From assembly GCA_964234715.1 (NCBI GenBank), contig OZ174279.1: a stretch of 64,000 nt of DNA. The stretch is one strand, 5' to 3'. The notes below the pieces were generated by a model, which was given only the letters and a program-made list of their open reading frames with translations, had not been told where the DNA came from and ran no database searches. Positions 1 to 11,500 of the stretch are shown piece by piece. Positions within the stretch are counted from its first letter, which is position 1, and each line of letters starts with the position of its first letter. The DNA comes from Podarcis melisellensis. Taxonomy: Eukaryota. The position numbers and the translations under genes are program-made.

Positions 1-45
1 TGTAGTATTATACACAGTTGGCAGTATGGGTATAGAGAAGGGGGG

Positions 46-47
<2 letters not shown>

Positions 48-117
<70 letters not shown>
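48..117. repeat. (GA)n microsatellite
   Basis: Uninterrupted GA dinucleotide run of ~35 units. Confidence 0.98.
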
Positions 118-120
<3 letters not shown>

Positions 121-249
121 GGGCCAAATGGCCGTGAACAGCAACAAGTACATAAAATTGTCACAACTATAAACCTGAAGAGAAGGGGAAAAACATTCAC
201 AAAAGCAGCAATTGGTGATAATATAATTATCCTAAGTTTTGCAATTGTT

Positions 250-1260
250 AGTTAACATTTGTACTGAACAGGAAACTATTGTCTGTATTCAAGCCTGAAC
301 AGACTTGGACTTCTTGGTTCTAATTCAACAATTTCACGCTGGAGTCTCCTTATAAAATAATGTCAGAGAATGCAATTTTTCAGGTTAGTAACAGGGCTCT
401 GGGATGTTGAAATGTACTCTTACTGGTTTCTGAATGCTGCCATTTCTAGTGTCTGATTTGCAAACGTTTCGTCTTTTGAATAGAGACTGACCTTTATGTA
501 GAAGGACATTGCTGGCAGGTGACAATATATTACAAAGGAATATGAGCAGGTGCACGAGTCCTTAACGTTCGGTCTTACAATAGTGCATCAACTTTGTCCT
601 AAAAAACACTCAGGCATCTAGGGTTGCAGTAGGGTCTGTGTCCATGTACAGCTACTTAAAAAGATCTCAGCAAATATCAGACCCTGGGCAGGAGAGGCAC
701 TCCTTCTGGTAGTCAGAGCCCCAACTATTCCTGGCTTTCTATGTTAACCAGAACCTTAAATTTGAGAGTAGCTATCTTTAAGCAAGGATAAGTCAACTCA
801 AGACCTGTGAGAAAACAGTATCATTGTTCAGGATGGCCTGTAGATCCTTGACATTATGCAGACATGGTTTACTTGTGAGCTGTACATGACAGATAGTGTT
901 CTGTCAATTTTTTCCCCTTATGGGACTCTCCTGTAGTAGATTATTTCTGGATACAAGTATAACCTTGATGGTCCTGCTTTTTCACTTCATTGGGTGGGTG
1001 TTAATAGTTTAAGAAATGCCTGATGTAAATCCTTAAGGTGTGAGTCCCTGTCCAACAAGTTGGAACAGATGCAGTTCTCTTAATAAGACTTGACTATGGA
1101 CAGTGGATCTTGTGGTGTCTTTGTGGTGAAAGTTAGAATAAAAATGTGCAGTGGGTTTCTGGTATAAGGTGATGCTTGTATTTTTATTGCATAGATGCAC
1201 ACTGGTGTCCAGAAAGTGAACTGGCTGCTTGAACTGGTCCAGGTCCAGGTCCATGTTCAG
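250..1260 (-). mobile_element. Degenerate Penelope-like retroelement (RT thumb, linker, GIY-YIG endonuclease), 5'-truncated
   Basis: Minus-strand translation across frameshifts gives PLE-type motifs in the expected order: VHFLDTSV..ITLYQKPT...HxxxTTRSTVHSQ (RT C-terminus), KDLQAILNND, CTCSYSFVIY..CQQCP..YI..GQSLFKR..KSDTRNGSIQKPVRVHFN (GIY-YIG), RLQREIVELE..GLNTD, with the frame ending near 252. Confidence 0.85.
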
Positions 1261-1834
1261 ACCATCAACCTAATTTAATAAACCTTAGTTTGTGTGATTC
1301 CATTTAGTGGCTTAAACAATCATTCGGAAGGACAAAAAATACTTCCTCAGGTTTTAGATGGTGTGAATATGTCACAGCAAGAATGGTCTAAGGTGGCAAC
1401 TTTTATAAGTGAAATAATTAGCAGGATTCCAACAACAAACTGCTTGTTCCCACAAAACGCTTTTCCTCCATAGAAGCTGCAGCAGCATTGTCTCTCCCTA
1501 CCCAAAAAAATGCTGTTTTGCTGTGGCACTTCAGCCACCTACCACATTTCTGTCATGTCCGTGGTCATCATGTCAACATTGTAGGCTGAGGAAGTCGTGT
1601 ACAGAGGGACAGGTCGGTGGATTCCAGCATAGTTGAAGAAGTCAGACAATGTGTGTTGAAAATATAGCCTTTGGGGTACCTGGATCAAGGGAGAAGGATG
1701 GCAAAACCTAGCTTTGTTTCTCCTCTCCCCTTCGCTTGACTTGGGGTGAGAGAAATAAAGCTATATTTTGCTATATTTTGAATTCCTGTGTTTGCACAGT
1801 ATTCTCATTGTTCCCTCTTGCCTAGTGTAATTCA

Positions 1835-2075
1835 GTGCTGCAAGATGTAGTGAGGGCCACAGGCTTAGATGACTTTAAAATGAGAGTGGCACAGTTATAG
1901 AGGATGGGTGTATCACTGCATAATGTGATAGCCAAACAGAGCCTCCCAATCTCAGAGATTGTCTTTCTCTGAACATCCCTAGCTGAGGTGCAAACAGCAG
2001 AGGAGGGCTGTTTTCATACCCTGCTATGGTCTTTCCCAAAGCATATTTCTAGTTATTGCTGTCCAGATATGTCCA
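1835..2075 (+). mobile_element. Old CR1 LINE 3'-end fragment
   Basis: Resembles the squamate CR1 3' region (gctgcaagatgtagtgagggccacaggcttagatgactttaaaa...); diverged, boundaries approximate. Confidence 0.55.
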
Positions 2076-3484
2076 CTGTTTGCCCGAGCCTAGAAAACCT
2101 AGCATTGGTTGCTAAAGGCGGAGCACACTTGTAAGGTAGAGGGGGGTGTTGTATGTTTTACAGACAGTCTCCATACAAAGGCAGAACCATGTCCTAGCTT
2201 GAGAAACCAGTTACAGCAGGCTAGTGAGGCAGGAACTGTTTGCACAATGCCACCAGGTCTATTGAAGTGTTGTGGCATTTCAAAAGCCTCATAGTGAGTA
2301 CCATTTGATAGCCTAGGGACTGTTTGCTGCTCTAGGGACTGTTTACCATGTTAGTTGTAGCTGAAAGTTTCCCTGGGAGGAAAAGATCCTCTTGGATGAG
2401 AGTTTTGAATGTGTGTAGAACAACAGAGATAGTTATCTCAGATTTTCCTATCATTTTCTTACAGGGAATCCCCCCCCCCATAGGGGAATAAATGGCTACT
2501 GTCTGCCATCAGTCTCTTCATAGTGTCCTGTTGTTCAGAGCTCTTAAATATTCTCAAAAGGTGGTGCTCAGTTCAAGTTGAACATTTTTCAAAGAACAGG
2601 GCCTATTTGTTCAATTTCAACTTCTAAGCTTCTAAATCCCAGAAGAAATTAAATGAGGTGCCTAGAGCTATGACAGCCTGTGATGTTGATTTGCTGCAGA
2701 TGTCACCTTTAATATCATGCACATCAAATGCATGCGATTTCTAGTGCAATGTGGTGCCGCCACTGCAGGAACAGTGCTGAATTTAAGGAATGCTGTGAAA
2801 AAGATATTATTGATAATAGCTAACTGTACAGTCTCCTTAAAAGCCATGCAGTAGGAACTCTAGAGGATGAAGACATGGGTAGGAGATAAGGGTTTTTGCT
2901 GCTATGCCTAAATGCCCTTGTGTATCTGGTTTATCTGACCCTTGCAGGAGAAACATGATTTGAGCTAGGGCAGGTATATCTTTTGTCTATTAGCGCTGGA
3001 TTACATCTCGGTATTTCAGGCATGGTTTAACAAAGAAGTTCTTTGAAGGTTAGATTATTTGACCCATTTGGTAGGAAATGTGTTTGCAGGCTAATAGTAG
3101 CTTGCTCCTCTTCCTCCTATCAGTTCATTGAAGCCTAAGGCTAGCTCATGGTGTTTCAGACAAAAAGCACCTCCTTTCTCCTATTGCCTGTCTTTTCAGA
3201 TAATGTGATCTCTCTTCACAATTCTTAGCTTTTCTTCTTCTCTGAATCAAAGCTTTCAGTTTTTGACACAGGGAGAGAATTGATGATACAACTAGATTCC
3301 CTAATAATTGCAGCATTTTGTAGGTACTAGGGGAGGAAACAAACCAACCTCCAAGGGCTTTGTGAATTTCTGTATGAACAACAGTACAGTTTCTTCTCTG
3401 TGCACTAAGAAAGAGTCTGTTGCTTGGCAATTAGGTGAAGCTTGGAGCGTAAAAGAATAAAACTACTGTTTCTCCCTTTTGCAG

Positions 3485-3553
3485 ATCCTGCTGACTGAAG
3501 AGTTTGTGGAAAGAATGCTGGAAGACCTAGAAGATCTGAATTCTTCAGAGGAA
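3485..3553 (+). CDS. SUFU: SUFU penultimate coding exon (ILLTEEFVERMLEDLEDLNSSEE)
   Basis: Polypyrimidine tract and ttttgcag acceptor ending at 3484, GTAAGT donor at 3554, 69 nt, phase 0/0. Peptide matches the vertebrate SUFU C-terminal region (human ILLTEEFVEKMLEDLEDLTSPEE). Confidence 0.97.
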
Positions 3554-3639
3554 GTAAGTTTCTTAACTCTAATATCCAAAGGGACTCTTTCTGTATTCAG
3601 GGGGTTGATTTGCTTGATTGATGGTTTGATGGCCTGGTT

Positions 3640-3900
3640 TCTTGGCTATAAATCCAGGGCTCATGTTTTCTTTGCTGTTATCACCCAGTCCTTGAAAGTC
3701 CTTCATGTGGCCACCCCAAGATTATGTGGTCGGAGCACTGGGGATGGTAAAGATTGAATGTTCTATTTTAGGACATCTATGCTAGCCACTCCCCTGGCAG
3801 TTGTTGATGTCTTGGCAAAATTCCGACGGAATTCCTATCCCTTATAGTCTACTGAATGTAGACATAGACTTTGACTGTCCATAATGACACCTTCTGTAGT
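3640..3900 (+). mobile_element. Very decayed L1-like ORF2 (RT N-terminal) relic in the SUFU intron
   Basis: Around 3830-3890 a frameshifted translation approximates SYxPxxLLNVDYRLxLSIM, like the LINE motif YRPISLLNVDYKILTSIM. Confidence 0.4.
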
Positions 3901-4204
3901 TTTTTACTGCTTACTTGACAGCCTTGCATTGTGGTAAGAGCATTTATATGACTCCTGTGGGGCTGCTAATGGTTTTTCATGTGCATATCATAAGGTAATC
4001 CTCCCTAAAATTCATTCTTTGCCATGAAAAGCAAATAATCCTAATTCTCACAGTACCTGTTGACTCCAGTCAAGGTTGGTCTGCTTGTAGAACAGCCTTT
4101 CCTACTTCTACTGCCAAAACTGCCCTGTTGTTTAATTCTTACTGCTGAAGTTTTGTAGTCCCAGAATTAGAAGGCTGTGTTGTAATGAAAGTTACAGTAG
4201 TAGT

Positions 4205-4375
4205 TTATTTTTAAATTGACAAAGGATAAGGGGAGGGTGGCAGAAATTTACAGTCAAAGGAGATAACACAACCAACTTGGAACATGCACACCTGGTTTTC
4301 TGTAATGGAGTCTGTCTTGGGGCCTCTCCTGGCCAAAACTGAAACTTCCTTTTAAGGTGCAAGCTACTATAGAAA
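4205..4375 (+). repeat. Unclassified old interspersed repeat, copy 1 (copy 2 at ~61030-61200)
   Basis: Collinear similarity to 61030-61200 by eye (ttaaattgacaaaggataagggg.../tggagtctgtcttggggcctctcctggccaaaa vs aaattgaccaatgagaagggaagg.../tggagtttcccttgaggcctctccaggccaaaa). Confidence 0.7.
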
Positions 4376-4859
4376 AGTTATTTTTAGGCATGCTTCATAT
4401 TTATTTTTAGGGGTGCTTCATAACAGTCTTCAGGGTTGGCAGTGGGGAACCCTCTCCATTCCCCAAAGTCTTAGGTCAGTGAGAAGTTTGGTTCATCATA
4501 TGAGGAGCTGGCAACTGCCTCTTGGTCAGGGCCAGAAAGACAGCTGCCTCAGGGACTGCACAGTTACCTAGAATCTTAAAACCACGCAGGAAGGCTTGGC
4601 ACACTTCTTACATGGATTAAAAATGGATTCGAGAGACATTTTGAGGAACAATCAACATCAAAAATGGGGGGTGGGGGTTTTTTTTTTACAGCAACAAAAA
4701 CTAGAATGAAGTTAAAAGACTGTTTCATCTTGCATCTAGTACTTAACCCAGTAAATGTGAATGAAGTTGTCTTTCATTATTACGCCAAGTTTACTGCCTC
4801 CCTAATTTTTATTTATCTCAAGATCATCCAAGTTTTTAGTGAATAAATGATAGTTCTAA

Positions 4860-5400
4860 ATTACTTTTTAAACACTTTTTCATGTGAAGAAATTATTGGA
4901 GGAGTTTTAAAATAAGTTTACCACTGAATGATCTTCCCTCAGTGAAGGAGAGCCCTAATGTGAGCTTTCTCTTGATTTTCTGTAAGCATGATCTACTGGT
5001 TCTCTCTGTTGACAGTAGGTTTCTGATATGCCCAGGATACCTGTTTTGTTTAGCTGCCAAGCTCTTAAACTCTCCCATCATGGTTAAGAGATTTATTTAA
5101 TGTTAACATATGAACACCTATACATTCTAACACTCTTCAAATGACATTTTCTAGTTCAATTTCTTCAGTCACTCTTTGGGTTTTTGCTAGCTACCATTTT
5201 TCTCTGTACACTCATTTTAGAGTTGTACTCTGTCCTCCACTTTACCTGAAAAACATTTACATCATCATCCTTAAGTGTTAAATCATCCCGAACTTGATGA
5301 TACTCAACTCCTGTTTGTTCACCCTGAGAAGTTAAGTCTAAAAGCTGCTCTGTGACTTCTTTCATGTTCAGCACCAGCAGTTTGGTTACTTCAGTTGAAG
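4860..5400 (-). mobile_element. Possible decayed L1 ORF1-like relic
   Basis: A-rich minus strand with coiled-coil-like ORF fragments and KRKLTLGLSFTEG..LILKLL, loosely like L1 ORF1 RRNNLRILGLPE.EG. Weak. Confidence 0.3.
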
Positions 5401-5651
5401 TGGAGGGTAACTCTTTTGTACAGGCTCAGCTTGTCCCAGAAGAGACCCTAATGTCTAGCAAATGACTGCTCTAAAATGCTTTGCTCAATAGTGTGATACA
5501 AATTTCCTTAATCTATACTCTTCCTCTTCATACCACTATCACATCCAAGAACTAGGGCCCTGCAGTTCCATCAGTCTAGCTGGTTCTGTATGTGGAAGAG
5601 AGAGCATTTCTGAAAATACTACCTTGGAGGGCTTTGACTCAATGTTCTACT

Positions 5652-5773
5652 CAGCTATTTTTCTAGAAAAAGAGGTGCCAGAACTCAGCATGAACACCTC
5701 CCTCGTTCTCTTCGAATGGCAATGGCGCCCACCTGAGAGCTGCTGGAACTGAGTTCTGGCAGAAAAAAAGCCC
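5652..5773. mobile_element. Short non-autonomous DNA transposon (MITE) relic
   Basis: Imperfect inverted ends (gctatttttct... / ...agaaaaaaagccc) and an internal inverted pair gccagaactc / gagttctggc. Confidence 0.55.
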
Positions 5774-6790
5774 ATGCAACTTAACCACTCCCCAGCCAGT
5801 GTGCACAATGGTCATTGACTCCTCCATCTAACAGTCCATCCAGCAAGTCTATCCAGTCTACAGTCTTCCCACCAGGCAGACACCACCCCCAACTTTGTGA
5901 TTGCCTCTTACTAGACCCTTCCCCAAGCAATTCCTGTAAGTTATTAAGCACCCAAGAAATAGGACAGTTCTATTGAATTCCCCCCTCCCAATTCCTTAGC
6001 TAAGACCCTCATTCTCCATAATAGCAAATGAACTGTTGGCATGGAGTAAGGCTCCTCTATGTGTCCCTGAATTCTGCCCCTCTATTTTTCAAAGTCAGCC
6101 TCAGGGGAATGAATTTGTTCCCAAATAACCAGGAGCTCATAAGTCCCTATATTTCTGCTAGTTTTCTAGTTTTGCTACTGTTTTTGTTACGTTCATGTGG
6201 GATTGATGTTAACCTTGAGAGGCATATTGGGACTTCACTTCCCCACGACCCTTGCATGATCCTTTATTTGCCAGTCTCGCCAGCTTCTTCCTCAACTACC
6301 TTATTGTGGGGTTTCACTTGTGTTTGCTGTATATCAAACCTGTTCTAAAACTGTTTTATCGCTGTATTTTCAATGTATTGAACGCCATGCGTGCTGCTGT
6401 ACCCTGTATGCATGATACGCTGGGCTAGAAAACCTCTGAATTCACTGACTCGGTCCTTCTTAAGCAGGTGCAAAAAAAAAGAGGCCCTGGTGAATTAAGA
6501 GAAAGCAAAGTAAGACAGTAATGCACAAGTGAGTGGTAGAAATAGGAAAAAAATACTTGGCTATGTAATCTATGTAAACTGACCTGTGATTTTTGGATGA
6601 AGGGTGGTATACATTTTTAATAAATAATGATAAAATAACAGTCGTCTGTCCCAAATGAACACTTTGGAAAAAGATTTCCTTATTTACCTAATAGCTGGAA
6701 ACTTTTGCTTCTATTGGGTCTAATGGGTTTGCTTTGTGTATCATACATCATAGTAAGTTATATTAACTAATAACTTCTTTGCTTTTTTAG

Positions 6791-6880
6791 TTCAAACTTC
6801 CAAAGGAGTATAGTTGGCCTGAAAAGAAACTGAAAGTCTCCATCTTGCCTGATGCTGTATTTGACAACCCACTGCATTAA
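6791..6880 (+). CDS. SUFU: SUFU terminal coding exon (FKLPKEYSWPEKKLKVSILPDAVFDNPLH*)
   Basis: Branch-point-like actaat and cttctttgcttttttag acceptor ending at 6790; 90 nt ending in TAA, in frame with the previous exon. Matches the SUFU C-terminus (human FKLPKEYSWPEKKLKVSILPDVVFDSPLH). Confidence 0.97.
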   Translation, partial: FKLPKEYSWPEKKLKVSILPDAVFDNPLH

Positions 6881-8510
6881 AGCCAGCTGACACCCACAAG
6901 CAACAAGTTGCTGTATGCTGCCCAGTGACTCATGGGATAATTTAGTGCAGTAAAAGCTCTTCCTGCAAATAAGAGATGCTGCTGCATATCCACTGCAAAC
7001 AACGGAGGGGTTACTCAACAGCAGTCCAGCCAGAACTCAATTATTCCAGTACCTGGCATTCTCTTCCGTCATGGAAGAACTCTGAATAACCTGCATATGA
7101 ATGAGTGCGAGAGTGAGACAAGGAGAGAGAAGTATTTAACTATTAATAGTAGTTGTAAGAATTCCTTTCCCTACGTTAACTGGCTCCAGAGGTCCCTGCA
7201 ACCCCCAGCTCAGGGTTTATGTGCCTCATCTGCCTTGGCTTAATCACACAATTTTCAATTTTCAGGCGTAAACACACAATCCATTAGAAGTATTTTTTGT
7301 AACTCTCAAATTCTTTAATTAGCCATGCTTCTCCTGGCCAGAATTATTCCTTCAGTGTAATTTTTTTTTTATTGCTCCAGAAAGGCCATTTTGTTTATAC
7401 TTTATGTACACACAATCAAACTGAGGAAACACTGATCAGTTTTGATGCCACACTAGGGACTGATTTGGCAGGGGAATCATGGTCCCACTGGCTAAACTGC
7501 CATGATGTTACAGAGGGGGCTGTACTTAAGCTGTCATTTTAGATTCTGAATTCTGAGGCCTATAAACATCCTATTTAAGTCAGGAGTTTGCCCTAGGGAA
7601 GAGATACAGCTTGGGTTATATTTAGGAAAAGGTTGCTTTAAAAAGTTCTGTGAAACCCAAGCCTAAGTGTTTTTCTTCAGAACGAAACTTAATGGTGTTC
7701 AGTGGGGCTTCCTACCAGGTAAGTATTTACTGGATTGCAGGATTCAACACCTATCTTAGTGTGTCCTAGGGTAATAGGCCAAAATGATAATTGATACTCT
7801 TCAAAGATAAGCAAAACTTCCTTGTTTCATGGTCACCTGTAAAAGGGACAAGTACATGGAGAACTGGGTTTCATAGGTATTTCTCATTGGGCTGTACAAT
7901 GAGCGGAGGGCTTTGGGTGTTTATTTTCTAACTTGGTACAGCCAGATCTTCTGGGTTAACAATTCTGATACTGTATCCTTCCTGAAGTTTCCTATAGATT
8001 TGTACCAATTTTCCTGACTCATACTGCAGAGAAATAGAAAAGGGTACATGAGTTAAAGAGATGCCTGAAAACCTATTGCCTTGTTTCTAACTTGCCTTTA
8101 AAAACAAAGTTTCCCAAAGAACATTTATTTCTGCTGAAATCATGTTTTCACTTTCCATTCACATATTTTGGGAAGGCATATCTGTTAATTTTAATGCATA
8201 TTGAGTCAGGCCATTTCAGAATGTTTTGAAAATTCAGCTTGATGTACTGCTGTATACACAGGCGTTAATTTTCAGAGTTATGGCCTGATTTTGAGACAGC
8301 TACACTGTATTTCTAACACCATTTTGTGCAGACTTTGACTTTGTGTTTATAGGCAGTTTGACTAACATCCTAGGAGAGGAAAGTGGTAGTAGCTCCATAG
8401 CTCACCACCGAAAATGAAATCTGGCACTGCTAAAGCAGAAATCTACAACCTAAAACTATTTTCTGAAAGTTTCTGTTACAAAGTTTGTAGAAGGAAACAT
8501 GTTGGTTCGC

Positions 8511-8585
8511 TTCCCTTCCCTTCCCTTCCCTTCCCTTCCCTTCCCTTCCCTTCCCTTCCCTTCCCTTCCCTTCCCTTCCCTTCCC
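8511..8585. repeat. (TTCCC)15 pentanucleotide microsatellite
   Basis: Perfect tandem TTCCC units. Confidence 0.98.
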
Positions 8586-11500
8586 AAAAGAATGAAAGTC
8601 CACTTCAACTAGGCAACTGTTCAGAATACCACGTTCTCTTGTTGTGTATACTTAGGTTCTTTAGAAATTTTGTCACGGGCATAAGTGACCTTCAGAAATT
8701 GCTCAGAATTGTTGTATACTGATGTACACCAGAATTGGTGTACATCCATGGGCTGATGGCTAGGGAACTGGACCTCGAGCAAGTTTAGATAGATATGTGC
8801 TGGTGACATAAAGTAGCTCACAGTAAACTATTTAATATTGCCCACAGGCTCCCTGTCAGAATCCTAGACGCCTCACCTTTCACATTAAGTGACTTAGGAT
8901 CACATGGTATACTAGTGTGGTCTGATGTTTAGGGCATACAAGGCAAAAAAGCTTTGGGAGTCACTCACTTAGTTTGTAGTATTTTGGAAGCTGTTGTGCT
9001 GTCGTGAGCACAATTCAAACGTGCTAATGTAAGCAAAATTGACTAACCGCTATTGCCAAATTGACTAAGCATAAAACACTGCAAGGTTGAAATAGGCCAA
9101 GCCATAGAAGGTTGTAGTGAAATCTTGAAAGGGGTCCCTGCTTATGAGGAAAATCTTTTGGCATTCAAATGGTGTGCTGTCACTCAAATGTTACTGTCAG
9201 ATACCTAGCATATTTTCCCCACAAAAGCCATCCTTACTAGGCCTAGCTTTCACAAACAGCAGCTGGGATGATAAAGCTGTTTCTTGACTGCTGTGCTTAG
9301 GATTGCAATGGAGTCTCATATGACGGAATGCTCCTCTGTGCAAGAGAAAAAATCCTTGCACATAGAAAACTGGCGTGTCAGGGAGGAGAGTAGAAACCTT
9401 CTGCCTGACGTTAATTTCCTATGTACATAGAAATGTTACTGGATGAAGGAGAATTCAATTATGTGAGGCTTTAGAAGTCATTTCTAGAGTCTAAACTGTC
9501 TGGCTTTTCTACAGTTTATCTTGGAAGCCTTGTGTTCCATAGTAGTTTAATTAATGTAGTGAGGCTTTACACAGCTATACTGTCTCATTTGTTACTCTCT
9601 TATAGTTTACCCTCTATGGATGCAGTAAAGAGCTGAGGAGTTTCCTATCTGATAAATGAAAGAATCCATGGAGGGAAAGCCAGAAATCCTATGAAATGTT
9701 AATCTGGAAATGAAAAAAAAGATCTTGTGGGTTTTTCAGGAAGGATCTGTGAGCTGGAGACTAGACTACAGTCTTCTGTGGCTTTTGATAGTTTGCTACA
9801 AAGTCCACACTGATGTTACATTTTTCCATAACCTTTTAAACGTTTTGTTCTGCATGAGCATTCCTTTAGAGAGAAAGAACTGGTCCAAAGTGTATTTAAA
9901 ATGACTGTCTTGTAGGGTTTGCAGAGTATTCAGATTTCATATCTGCCTGAAAGTACCCACAAATTACTACCTTGGCAAATCAAAGGTAAAGTGTCTTGGT
10001 GTTTAATCAGTAACAGTTTATGGCAGTAACTGCTAGAAACTATTATTGTTGGCTTCCCAGAGGACTTAATGGAATGGAGCTTGGTCTCTCCGTTTACTGT
10101 GTATTGCTAACTTTTCACTGTGGTCACTTATGCTGACCATTCCTCCCACCCTAAGACAAGGCAGGAAGAGTTTACTTTGCACTCTTGTTTTCCACTTGCT
10201 AGTTACTAAAGTGGCTAACAGGAAACTGGAGCTTTGGCTGTTCTTCAGTTGGTTTGCACCTGCTGCTTAATCCCTTCAGCACCTGGAGCTGTAAACACCA
10301 TTCCTCGGTTGCTGCGACAATTATTAACTTTCAGTGCAGCTGTTGCACCAGCCATGTGCCAGGACAGTGCTAACCTAGCCATCAGACCAAATGGCAACAA
10401 AAGAGCCATTCCAGAGGGTTTGCTGTCTAAATATGAAGCAGTCAGTAAGTAAGTGAGCAAAATATAGATGGGCTGTAGAATTTCACATGAGAACACTGCA
10501 AGCTATAAGAATATAGTTTTAGCAAAACAAAAAAATTCTATCCCCACTTCTGTGGGTTTCCTCTCCCCCATGGCACTGACATTGGTAGCAAGGGAAGTTA
10601 TAAAAACAGAATCCACTCCCCTCTTCAAAGCACACTCATCGGCTGTGTTTGCATGTAAGGTTAAACCATAGTTAATATTTAACTGTGGTTTAATGTGAAT
10701 GAGCAGCATGCTGGTGCACACTGCTCAAAAGTCCCTGCTTTGCTCCTCCCTCGCTCCTGGCTGCATCATACTGGGAGCAACAAACTACAAGACTTGACTT
10801 GTCATGTCGTCCAAACCCATGCTCCTGGTTTGTTTGGGGGGGGGGGGGACCAAGCCATGCGTTTAAGTTTAGATGACACACCACCTGTGGATTGTTGCTC
10901 CCAGCTCATTCCGGCACACTGCTCATTTGCATTAAACCATATTACACATGTCAGTTTGAAGCTGAAGGGGCTGCTCAAAGTGCTAACTGGCTGGACATTT
11001 GTGACACCATGAAACAACCTCTGCCTGTAATAATTTTCAGCTTCAGAATAAATGATGGCTCTTTAATCATCAATAAGTCAGGCACTATGATTGTTTAAAT
11101 GCAAGGTCCTACCAGCAGCACTTTAAAGATAACAAGAAAGACAGGCAGCTCAGCAGAGAAGGGTTAGGGTGGCCTAGAAACCAGTGCTCAATGCAAAGAG
11201 TGTGTGAGAGAGAGAGTATAAAGAATGAGGGTTACTGAGCTTACCCCATAGGGACAAAAGAAGCTTGCTCCTGTACTTCTGTATGCACCATTAGATATAA
11301 TAGCTCAGGATTTTGTTTTTCTGGTGTGTAAATCTGAACTTTGCCACTAAGCCAGATGGTTGGTTGGACAGAGATGCTCTACATGCACACTTCAAGCTTC
11401 TTCAGCATGTTTTGCACTGCACCATGATCACCCACTTAGCTTTGCAGATCTGGAAGTGTCAGGCACTTCTATGGCAGATGAAAGCATGGGTTTCACATCT

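Noticed and set aside
4893-5374. Two minus-strand ORFs considered as a possible endogenous viral element
   Set aside because: No viral motif recognised; composition fits a decayed LINE ORF1 better. A TBLASTN against viral proteins would settle it.
7579-7586. miR-378-5p seed match in the SUFU UTR
   Set aside because: To my knowledge miR-378 is mammal-restricted, and a short match is expected by chance.
8414-8722. 102-aa ORF with PFPSL repeats
   Set aside because: The repeat is the translation of the (TTCCC)15 microsatellite within the putative UTR.
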